Assembly: GCA_947630065.1 (NCBI GenBank)
Contig: CANRGE010000003.1
Location: forward strand, 17,792-81,791
Source of the DNA: an uncultured Clostridia bacterium
GTDB lineage: Bacteria; Bacillota; Clostridia; TANB77; CAG-508
Length of the DNA stretch: 64,000 nt
Reading direction: 5' to 3'
This document shows, one piece after another, positions 55,726-64,000 of the stretch. The position numbers and the translations under genes are program-made. Position 1 is the first letter of the stretch. Every line of letters begins with the position of its first letter. The notes below the pieces were generated by a model. It was not told the origin of the DNA. It worked only from the letters and a program-made list of their open reading frames with translations, and did no database searches.

Positions 55726-56895
55726 CTAATATGTTCCTTTTATATGTATGCTGTGATTTTCCATTAAGCATTTCCATCTTTGCATTAAATTGTAATCAAT
55801 AATCTCTGGTTTTCCCGAACTTGCTTTAAGTAATTCTACAAACTCATTAAAATCAATTATATGAAACATTGCTCCTGTTTCATTAATAGCATTGAATAAT
55901 AAATCTTCTACTTCGCCCCAATCTCCTTCATGTATAAATTCTGTTATAAGTATAATACAGTGTGGAGGCTGATTTCTATTTATATTGATTTTTTCATTAT
56001 TATCTGAATATATTTCGTTTCCTTCAAGAAATAATTTTGTTGCACCTGTCATTTGTTTAATTGCCTTTTTTACTTGATTTTGAATTCTTAGAATTCGTCG
56101 TGCTTTATTACTATAACCGTCACAATTTATTATTGAAACATCTTTTGCTTCAATTAAAAAGGAGCCATATTTATAAAAAGCAAAAATATCTGTTAATTCT
56201 CTAATGTTGTTTCCTTTCCTAACTTTAGGATTTTTATATAGTGATGTTGGAAATATATTAGTTAATGCTGATGCTATTTCTTTTTCAAAAGTTCTACCCT
56301 CTTCTTTATCATTAATTTTAAAATCATAATAGTTATTATCTCCATAGTAATAAACCTTACTTGTGTTCCAATCTTCTATAATAGTTTCTATTTCTATAAA
56401 AGGAATCTTATGTGCCTTAGGATATATTGTTTTATATTTGTTTTCTACTGAAACACAAAAGCAATCATGTGCGTATTCCACTTCTTTTGTATATACACCC
56501 GTATATGTCTCACCAATAAAGTTTAAAATATTTTCAGCTTCTTGTTTTGATATTTTTAATTTTGCCCATGCTACTAATATATCCATTTCATTTATTAATA
56601 ATATATCAAATTCACATTTTTGAAGTGCGGAAATTAATGCTTCGTGTTCTTTAAAATTATATTGAGCTTTGGAAATAAACAATGCTCCGTCAGGAATATC
56701 TTTTATTTTTGCACCTATGCATAAATAGTTGTTTTTTCTTCCAAAAAGTAGTTGCAAAGGGCATCCTACAATTAATGATTTTATGCTAGATGTATTAGTT
56801 TTTATAATCAATTTTGTTTGTGTTTCATTAATATACCAAAGTGATACTTGTTCTCTTTTTATTTCATTACTAAATTCTTCATTTATTACATCCAT
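55726..56895 (-). CDS. hypothetical protein (389 aa)
   Basis: ORF with no family recognised, upstream-adjacent to the DUF4153/BNR membrane protein. Confidence 0.4.
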   Translation of the reverse strand: MDVINEEFSNEIKREQVSLWYINETQTKLIIKTNTSSIKSLIVGCPLQLLFGRKNNYLCIGAKIKDIPDGALFISKAQYNFKEHEALISALQKCEFDILLINEMDILVAWAKLKISKQEAENILNFIGETYTGVYTKEVEYAHDCFCVSVENKYKTIYPKAHKIPFIEIETIIEDWNTSKVYYYGDNNYYDFKINDKEEGRTFEKEIASALTNIFPTSLYKNPKVRKGNNIRELTDIFAFYKYGSFLIEAKDVSIINCDGYSNKARRILRIQNQVKKAIKQMTGATKLFLEGNEIYSDNNEKININRNQPPHCIILITEFIHEGDWGEVEDLLFNAINETGAMFHIIDFNEFVELLKASSGKPEIIDYNLMQRWKCLMENHSIHIKGTY

Positions 56896-56951
56896 TTTGC
56901 GTATTTACTCCTATTTTGAATAACTACTTATTGTCATAAATTATTTTTAGT

Positions 56952-58979
56952 CTATAATTTTATATTATCTTTTTTGCTTTCTTTCCAAGTTATTCCATTA
57001 TCATATGATTCAAAATTATAATAAGTTCTTTGTCCATTTTTTAATGTATAAATTTTTGTTTCTAATATTCCATTTTCTAATTTAGGTAAATCTGTTGGAA
57101 TTAAATTATTTTCCAATATATTATCAGATTTAAATGTTATTTTTTCCCAATTTGCTCCTCCATCTTTTGTTATATTTAGTTCTGGATAATTGTCTGTTCC
57201 TGCTCTTTGTGGTTCATACATAAACCCTATTTTTTCATCTGTAAACATAAATTTAGTTCCATAGTGTACACTAAAAAAATCTTTTGTTATTTTGTTCCAT
57301 GTATCTCCACCATCTGTTGTATTATATATAACTACTGCATATGTCCCCATTGCTGGATCTCCCATACATACTGCATGACCTTCTTTTTCGTTTGTAAAGT
57401 GTACATATTCTATTGGTAAATTATTACCTTTTATTGTTATATTATCTTCATTATTTATATTTTTTGAATAATTATAATTGTAATTATATTTGTTTATATA
57501 TTCAAGATTCATTTTTTCTAGTTGTTTTTCTATCAATGTCTTTGAAATATTGAATTCTTGTGGATTTCTATCTTCTTTTAATTCTTGGTATTTTTTGTAT
57601 AGATAATTATTTACTTTTATATAATTTTCGTTGTTTTCTTTAATTTCTTCATTCTCATACAATTTTATAATTTGTGGTACTGCATTAATTCCTAAATTGT
57701 CTACTAAATAATCTACATCTATAGGTCTTACTACTACTTGTGTTAATTTTGTAGCTCTATCTACATTATTTTTTGCTATAACATAATCTATATTTGCAAA
57801 ATTTGCTATTATATACATTGTTGTTCCAATTATAAAATATGTTTTAAGTAAGTTTATTTTTCCTTTTAATATGTATTTTATTGTAGGTATTATCATAATA
57901 ATTTCAGTTGTTAATATAAAATATACCATTAATCTTAAAAATGTATATCCATATTCTTTTTCATATAATCTCATCCTACAAAATGCAGATATTGCTATTA
58001 TTATAGTAAATACACACATACATATATTCATTATTTTTGTATATTTGCTTGAATTTGTCTTATTATTTATGTTTGTTAATATTATAATTACAAAATTTAT
58101 AAATGTAATAAACATTAATTGAAAAAATCCCTGTCTTGCATATGTTGCAAGATTATATCCTAATTTATTTGCTATTCCACCTAAATATGTAAATTGAATT
58201 AAACTAAATATTAAATATACTATATTTATAACTGTAAGAATTGTATTTACTATAGTATTATTTAAATTTAATTTATATTCTTTTTCCTCAGAATTTAACA
58301 TATTATAAGAACTGCCTTTTTCTAATATGTTATAAACTATGCAAATTATATAAATAGTAATTAATATTATACAAATTATTCTAAGTATTATATTCAGAAT
58401 AAATTCACTTGTAAATATAATTTCTAGATTTTTTATAACTCCTGCAAATATGTTTGCAAATATTCCATCTGCTGATGCTAATAGTCCAATTATTACAAAC
58501 AATATTGGCAACGAGCATAGTATTCCTATTCCTATTAATTTGAATTTTTGACCTTTTGTTTCTGAATTATTTGTTTTAAATGCATTTTTTATAATTTTTA
58601 CAGATTTAGGTAAAAACTCTAAAGAACCTATGTAAAGATTTATTGTTTTACGAAATAAGTCTTGGAATTTGAATTTGTCGAATATACTCCATGTTATCAT
58701 TATTACTGTTAATATAGGTATTACAATAATATTTAATGTATTAAAAAATTCATTATCAAAAAATAAATATGTACTGCTTAATAATATTATTGGTATGCTT
58801 AAAAGAAGTGCCTTTTTGTTTTTTATTTTATTAGTTTGTTTTAGCATTTGCATTATTAAAAATACCACTACTAAAGTGAATAATAATACCGATATTCCTA
58901 GCTCTTGCCCATAAAAAAGTATTGAATGTAATACTGCAAGAATAAAACTTCCAATTACTGCTTTTTTCATAAATATCAT
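56952..58979 (-). CDS. polytopic membrane protein with a C-terminal extracellular BNR/Ycf48-like repeat domain
   Basis: About 10 TM helices over 430 aa, followed by BNR-type motifs DGGDTWNK, DGGANWEK and DNGITWKE. Confidence 0.55.
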   Translation of the reverse strand: MIFMKKAVIGSFILAVLHSILFYGQELGISVLLFTLVVVFLIMQMLKQTNKIKNKKALLLSIPIILLSSTYLFFDNEFFNTLNIIVIPILTVIMITWSIFDKFKFQDLFRKTINLYIGSLEFLPKSVKIIKNAFKTNNSETKGQKFKLIGIGILCSLPILFVIIGLLASADGIFANIFAGVIKNLEIIFTSEFILNIILRIICIILITIYIICIVYNILEKGSSYNMLNSEEKEYKLNLNNTIVNTILTVINIVYLIFSLIQFTYLGGIANKLGYNLATYARQGFFQLMFITFINFVIIILTNINNKTNSSKYTKIMNICMCVFTIIIAISAFCRMRLYEKEYGYTFLRLMVYFILTTEIIMIIPTIKYILKGKINLLKTYFIIGTTMYIIANFANIDYVIAKNNVDRATKLTQVVVRPIDVDYLVDNLGINAVPQIIKLYENEEIKENNENYIKVNNYLYKKYQELKEDRNPQEFNISKTLIEKQLEKMNLEYINKYNYNYNYSKNINNEDNITIKGNNLPIEYVHFTNEKEGHAVCMGDPAMGTYAVVIYNTTDGGDTWNKITKDFFSVHYGTKFMFTDEKIGFMYEPQRAGTDNYPELNITKDGGANWEKITFKSDNILENNLIPTDLPKLENGILETKIYTLKNGQRTYYNFESYDNGITWKESKKDNIKL

Positions 58980-59008
58980 CCTTTCATTATAAAATATTTT
59001 TTCAAATG

Positions 59009-59180
59009 GAACAAATCTCGCTTCGCGAGACCTTTTCTCTACATCTTAAAGTTTGCTATCTAAATTCAAGGTCTCAAAGAAGCGTAAAGATTTGTTGACG
59101 CGAAAATTTACAAAGTAAATTTTCTGTGCAATGTTATTTTTTTATATAATAGGAATGTAGAACTTTCCTATTATATAAAA
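59009..59180 (+). repeat. dispersed ~170-bp intergenic repeat, copy I
   Basis: Full consensus between trxA and the membrane protein gene. It abuts the trxA terminator hairpin ATAGGAATGTATAAGTACATTCCTAT. Confidence 0.9.
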
Positions 59181-59202
59181 ATAGGAATGTATAAGTACAT
59201 TC

Positions 59203-59514
59203 CTATGTTAGTATATTTAAAATTTCTTCTTTACTTTGTACTCCTACTGTTCTGTTTATAACTTTACCATTTTTTATAACTACTAAAGTTGGTATACTTT
59301 CTATTTCAAATTCTGTTGCTAATTGCATTTCTTCATCAACATTTATTTTACCTATTTTCACAGTATCTGGTACTTCTTGTGCAACTTGTTCAACTATAGG
59401 TGACAACATTCTACAAGGTCCACACCAATCTGCCCAAAAGTCTAATAAAACTGTTTTTGTAGTTTTCATTACCTCCTCTTCAAAATTATCAATTGTTATT
59501 TTCATTACATCCAT
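59203..59514 (-). CDS. trxA: thioredoxin
   Basis: WCGPC active site, 103 aa. Confidence 0.9.
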   Translation of the reverse strand: MDVMKITIDNFEEEVMKTTKTVLLDFWADWCGPCRMLSPIVEQVAQEVPDTVKIGKINVDEEMQLATEFEIESIPTLVVIKNGKVINRTVGVQSKEEILNILT

Positions 59515-59549
59515 TTCTAATATTCTCCTTTCTAATGTATAAAATAAAA

Positions 59550-60434
59550 TTATTTTTCAACATTGTTATCTTTTTTTAAAAGACTTATTATATCAGTTCC
59601 AGCTTTAGCCCCTTCATATACAGCTTTTGAAATTTGTAAAAGCCCTCCTGTACAATCTCCACATGCATATAGTCTTGGTACATTAGTTCTCATGTTTTCG
59701 TCTATTTCTATATAATTATTTTTTATTATAGCTCCTAATTTTTTTGCGAAATCAAATGATGTTGCTGTTCCCAATGCTACAAATAATCCATCTGTTTTTA
59801 AGCTTGAATTATCTTTAAATTTAACATCTTCTATTCTTTTAGTTCCTTCTATTGATTGTATCTGTCTTGTTTCTAAATGTATATTACTTGGCATTTCTGT
59901 TCTATTTTCTACTATATCTTTTCCATCTGTTAAAATAGTTACTTTAGATGCAGTTTTAGATAATATATTTGCTTCTTTTAGCGCATAATCTCCATTTCCT
60001 AAAACTGCAACATTTTTTCCTTTATAAAAGAATCCATCACATATAGCACAATAGCTTACTCCATTACCTTCATATTCTTTTATTCCTTTTATTGTTGGTA
60101 TGTTTCTTCTTGATCCTGTTGCAAGTATTAATGTTTTTGATTTGTATTCATTATTTCTTGTTTCTACTATAAATTCATTTTCTTTATATTCTACACTTAC
60201 TACCTCATCTGTATCTATAGGTATTTGTAATCTTTTTGCTTGTTTTAATCCATTTTCTAATAATTGCTTACCTGAAATAGGATTTTCAAATCCATAATAA
60301 TTTTCTATTTTTTCTGTTTTTTCAAGAGTTCCTCCGTCTTTGCCTATTATTAGCACATTCAAATTTGCTCTTTTTACATATAATCCTGCTGATATTCCAG
60401 CTGGTCCTTTTCCTATTATTATGCAATCGTACAT
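59550..60434 (-). CDS. trxB: thioredoxin-disulfide reductase
   Basis: GKGPAGISAGLY FAD motif, redox CAICDG and an NAD(P) GNGDYA motif. Confidence 0.85.
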   Translation of the reverse strand: MYDCIIIGKGPAGISAGLYVKRANLNVLIIGKDGGTLEKTEKIENYYGFENPISGKQLLENGLKQAKRLQIPIDTDEVVSVEYKENEFIVETRNNEYKSKTLILATGSRRNIPTIKGIKEYEGNGVSYCAICDGFFYKGKNVAVLGNGDYALKEANILSKTASKVTILTDGKDIVENRTEMPSNIHLETRQIQSIEGTKRIEDVKFKDNSSLKTDGLFVALGTATSFDFAKKLGAIIKNNYIEIDENMRTNVPRLYACGDCTGGLLQISKAVYEGAKAGTDIISLLKKDNNVEK

Positions 60435-60465
60435 TATAACCTCCGCTTTTTAGTGAATTAATATT

Positions 60466-61935
60466 TTAATAAACATATATATGCATTGTATCTTCTATTA
60501 ATACTATTTGCTCATCATCAAAGAAAGTCCAATTTTTATCTTTGAAATATTGCTCATATATTTCTTGATTTTGTTCTACTTGTGTAAATGTTCTATTAAA
60601 ATAGTATTCTAAATAACTTTTTCTTGCCCACTCTGGAAACATTGCTTTTAAATTTGTATCTCCACTAACAAACAAATTTGGATATGAATATTGTACATAT
60701 TCTGCTGGATATAATGATATTTTTTCTATTTTGTTTCCTGTTTCTTCTTCATATTTTTGAACTTTATTTTGTATTTGTAAAAATTGATTATAATCCATAT
60801 AATTTAATATATATCTGTCTCTAATAATATTTTGGAATCCAATATATTGCAAACTTAAATATATTATTAATATACCTATTAAAATATCTTGACTAATTTT
60901 TTCTAATTTTACATTCATGCATAAATATGCTAATACTAACCCTATTATTGAAGCAAATGCATATGTGCTTCTTGGAACAAATGATATTGATGCTGTACTT
61001 TGCATAATTTGTGGAAATATTGTAAATACAGTAGTTACTAATATTATATACACAATTCCAAGTATTAATAAAATTTTTTTCTTAGCTGTTTCTTTTTGTC
61101 TTAATATATTTATTATTCCAACAAAAATTATTAATGATAATACTCCTACAAAAAAGTATTTTGGCAAAATACTATATGTTGAACCTATCATATATTTTGT
61201 TCCATCTATAATTTTTTCTATAGATAGTAGCAAATTATTTTCTGCACTTACTCTAGGATTAGAATAAATTACTTTTACTGTTAAATAATTTACTAATGCT
61301 GGTATTCCATAACAAATTGCTGTATAGATATTGTTTATTATAAAAGTTTTTATATTTTTTGCGTTTTTTATTATATACAAAGTACATAAAGCCACAAATA
61401 ATGCAACTGTTCCTTGATATGAGAAATTTGCAATAAGCATATATACAAATACCCATAATATTGCTTTTTTATCTCCTTCGAAAAACTTAATCATTTTTTC
61501 AAAAGCTAATACACATAGCAAAACAGATAGCATTAATACGCCTTTTTCTAAAAACAAGTATAATTCTATTGAGAACACATTTAGTATTAGTAATATAGCT
61601 GATATTACTAATACTAAATTATTTTTTATTTCTGCTTTTAAAATGGTATATAATTTGTACATAGATATACTAGTACACGCAAACGCTAATATAACAGATA
61701 TTAAATATATAGTTGTATTTCCTAATGCTAATTTTGTACTAATCCATCCTGAAAATGCTGTTACAAATCTTCCTGATTGCATAAAATGTGCTATTATTTC
61801 TTGTCGATTTGTTGCAAATACAGAATATGTATCTGTTGCATATTCCATTTTTATAAATGTTCCAAAAAATATTATTGTAATTAAAGCAAATAGCCAAAAT
61901 TCTTTATTTTTAACTATCTTTTTTACTTTTTCCAT
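60466..61935 (-). CDS. large polytopic membrane protein, possibly a glycan polymerase/transferase-type
   Basis: 489 aa with about 12 TM segments. It is adjacent to a glycosyltransferase gene. Confidence 0.4.
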   Translation of the reverse strand: MEKVKKIVKNKEFWLFALITIIFFGTFIKMEYATDTYSVFATNRQEIIAHFMQSGRFVTAFSGWISTKLALGNTTIYLISVILAFACTSISMYKLYTILKAEIKNNLVLVISAILLILNVFSIELYLFLEKGVLMLSVLLCVLAFEKMIKFFEGDKKAILWVFVYMLIANFSYQGTVALFVALCTLYIIKNAKNIKTFIINNIYTAICYGIPALVNYLTVKVIYSNPRVSAENNLLLSIEKIIDGTKYMIGSTYSILPKYFFVGVLSLIIFVGIINILRQKETAKKKILLILGIVYIILVTTVFTIFPQIMQSTASISFVPRSTYAFASIIGLVLAYLCMNVKLEKISQDILIGILIIYLSLQYIGFQNIIRDRYILNYMDYNQFLQIQNKVQKYEEETGNKIEKISLYPAEYVQYSYPNLFVSGDTNLKAMFPEWARKSYLEYYFNRTFTQVEQNQEIYEQYFKDKNWTFFDDEQIVLIEDTMHIYVY

Positions 61936-61950
61936 TTTTAGTACTCCTTA

Positions 61951-64000
61951 CTAAATCTTCATCTTTTTCTTTAAAAATCCAATAATTCCTAATTTTTGTA
62001 ATAGTTTTATTAATCCTCTATACCAACTATATTTCCACATTTTTTCACCAAATTGAGATATATTGTTATGCATTTCTTTAGAATAATAAACATTATTATA
62101 TTCTTCGCATTCCCAAGTATATTTTATATTTAAAGCTATAAGAGATTTTGTTAATAATTCTTTTGTAATTTCTATATTTTTTGCAAGTGCTTGTCCGTTT
62201 TCTATTTTTTGTTGGTTTGGTTTAGACTGTGTGTCTTCTAATATTTGTGACATATTTTTTACCATATGAGATATTGTAAATCCTTCTAAAATTCTTTTTC
62301 TACAATTTTGTTTGTATTTGTCTAAATTTTTTATTATTTTATTTATGGCATCTACATAATTTTGAATTTCATCATCTTCATATTCAAACTCTAATATATC
62401 TTCTTCTTTTTGCAAACATGGAACTACTACTCCTACATCTTCATTTATTAATTCTTTTTGTCCTCCTACATCTGATGATATAACAGGTACTCCCATTGAT
62501 AGAGATTCATAAGATGTTAAGGCTACACCTTCTTTTATTGAGCAATTTAATGTTATATCACAAGCAGAATAAAATTCTTCAGTTTGCTCTACTTTTCCTA
62601 TAAATTTTACACAATCTTCTAGTTTTTCATTTTTTATTTTGCGTTTTAGTTTTGATAATAAATTTCCATCTCCTGCTATTAAAAACACGAAATCATCTTT
62701 TTGAGTTCTTAATTTTTTTATAATTTCTAATAGTAAAAATGGTCTTTTTTGTTCAGTTATTCTACATATAAATCCAATTACATATTTTTTATTTATATTA
62801 TATTTTTTCTCTAATTCTTCTGCATTATATAACTCTGGATTAAATTTATTCTCATCTACTCCTATATATACTGTTTGTAATTCATCTTTATTTCTATTAA
62901 AATGTTCTTCTAATATTTTTTCGCTATTTTTATTACAAGTTAAAGTTTTATCTATTATAGATGCTACTCCACTAGAATCTCTTGAATAGCCACCATTTCT
63001 ATTGTACCATTCTTCCATATGAATATAATCAATTATAGGTATATTTGAGTGTTTTGCTTTTATATATGGTAACATTGCATATCCAATTTCACTATTTGTA
63101 TTTAGTATTAAATTTATATTATTTTTATCTATTATATAATTTATAAAAGCAAGCCAATATTCATGGTCTAAAAATGTAGTTAAATCATATACAGTTGCAA
63201 AATCTTCTATTTTTTGTCTCATTGTATTAATTGCTGGTTCTGTCGAAATAACAGTTATTTCATATTTATTTTTGTCTAATTTTTCTATTAAATCTAAATT
63301 AAATTTGTCTGCTCCACCTAATAACATCCAAGGAACAATAATTAATATATTTATTTTATTGTTTTTTTCTTTTTTTACTTCTATTTTGTTATCAAAGTTT
63401 TCTTTTAATATTTCCCAATTATATTCAAATCTTGGATATTGTATTGCGTCTACTTCTTCTTTCACTGTTGCTGCTGTGTTATTTATTATTTCCATAGCTC
63501 TTTTTTTATTTTGTTTTGCTTTATTTAATTCTCCTGAATTAGCTTTTCTTCTATACCAAAAGCCATAAAAATTCATTCTTACAGGATATTTTCCTTTTGC
63601 TAATAATTTAAGCCAAAAGTTCCAATCTTCAAAAAAAGATTTTTCTTTTACTCCATATCCACCAACTTCAAAAAAATCCTCTTTTCTTATCATTGCTGTA
63701 CTTACTAAAATATTTTCATTTTTCATTTTTTTTGTAGTAAACCATTTATTCCACAAGTATTCATTTGCATCAAATCCCACAGAGTCTGTATATGCCCATG
63801 TTGCTTTTTTATTTATTTCTAAAGTGAAAAATGCACACTCAAAATAAGTTTTCTCTATTAAATCATCTGAATCTAAAAAGAATAAATATTTAGAAGTTTT
63901 ACAAGCTTTTTTAGCTCCGTAATCTCTTGTTGCTGCCAAACCTTCATTTTCTTTATGAAACACTTTTATTCTTTCATCTAATTTTTTTATTTCTTCTAAT
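61951..64000 (-). CDS. bifunctional glycosyltransferase (GT2-like N-part, GT4/GT1-like C-part), 5' end off-window
   Basis: FLDSDDLIEKTYF is a GT2 DxD motif. The C-terminal IGKVEQTEEFYSACDITLNCSIKEGVALTSYESLSMGVPVI is GT4-like. The reading frame stays open upstream to position 64000. Confidence 0.65.
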   Translation of the reverse strand, partial: LEEIKKLDERIKVFHKENEGLAATRDYGAKKACKTSKYLFFLDSDDLIEKTYFECAFFTLEINKKATWAYTDSVGFDANEYLWNKWFTTKKMKNENILVSTAMIRKEDFFEVGGYGVKEKSFFEDWNFWLKLLAKGKYPVRMNFYGFWYRRKANSGELNKAKQNKKRAMEIINNTAATVKEEVDAIQYPRFEYNWEILKENFDNKIEVKKEKNNKINILIIVPWMLLGGADKFNLDLIEKLDKNKYEITVISTEPAINTMRQKIEDFATVYDLTTFLDHEYWLAFINYIIDKNNINLILNTNSEIGYAMLPYIKAKHSNIPIIDYIHMEEWYNRNGGYSRDSSGVASIIDKTLTCNKNSEKILEEHFNRNKDELQTVYIGVDENKFNPELYNAEELEKKYNINKKYVIGFICRITEQKRPFLLLEIIKKLRTQKDDFVFLIAGDGNLLSKLKRKIKNEKLEDCVKFIGKVEQTEEFYSACDITLNCSIKEGVALTSYESLSMGVPVISSDVGGQKELINEDVGVVVPCLQKEEDILEFEYEDDEIQNYVDAINKIIKNLDKYKQNCRKRILEGFTISHMVKNMSQILEDTQSKPNQQKIENGQALAKNIEITKELLTKSLIALNIKYTWECEEYNNVYYSKEMHNNISQFGEKMWKYSWYRGLIKLLQKLGIIGFLKKKMKI

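Overview
The window is an AT-rich chromosomal segment (roughly 25% GC) from a low-GC Firmicute, most likely a spore-forming Clostridium. This is inferred from the xerD-spoIIM adjacency, the DUF1540, RemA and YicC proteins, and the codon usage. Nearly every gene is on the minus strand. The housekeeping backbone comprises murD, uvrA, cysE, asnB, mutS, miaB, rpmE, greA, thyX, yicC-remA-rpoZ, rsmE, xerD-spoIIM, rnhA, tmcAL, def, a peroxiredoxin, trxA-trxB and cell-envelope glycosyltransferases. Accessory content is layered on top of this backbone.
(1) About 7.9 kb of integrative mobilizable element sits in the 3' end of tRNA-Leu(UAG) at 42295-50274. It is flanked by 53-bp direct repeats and carries a tyrosine integrase, an Xis-like HTH, a sigma-like regulator, XRE regulators, a MobV (Mob_Pre) relaxase with a pMV158-like oriT and a candidate small membrane toxin.
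(2) Two paralogous secreted or anchored proteins, one chromosomal at 1429-2837 and one on the element at 44241-45209, start with a (GT)n dinucleotide repeat encoding (Thr-His)n. The tracts are 14 and 16 units, so one copy is in frame and the other is not, which is classic slipped-strand phase variation. The chromosomal copy carries a C-terminal FGE-sulfatase domain.
(3) A dispersed ~170-bp intergenic repeat is present in at least 10 copies. These include a tandem pair, truncated copies, a 37-bp end-to-end footprint and one copy inside the mobile element.
(4) Several genes are disrupted: uvrA near its C-terminus, an AAA ATPase at an A8 tract, a sortase-anchored FIVAR-repeat surface protein, and a tandem ORF6N pair with an in-frame stop.
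(5) The peroxiredoxin promoter and 5' end are duplicated on either side of a 1.7-kb insert.
(6) A GC-rich orphan gene is present.
No rRNA or CRISPR was found. The only tRNA is tRNA-Leu plus its displaced 3' fragment.
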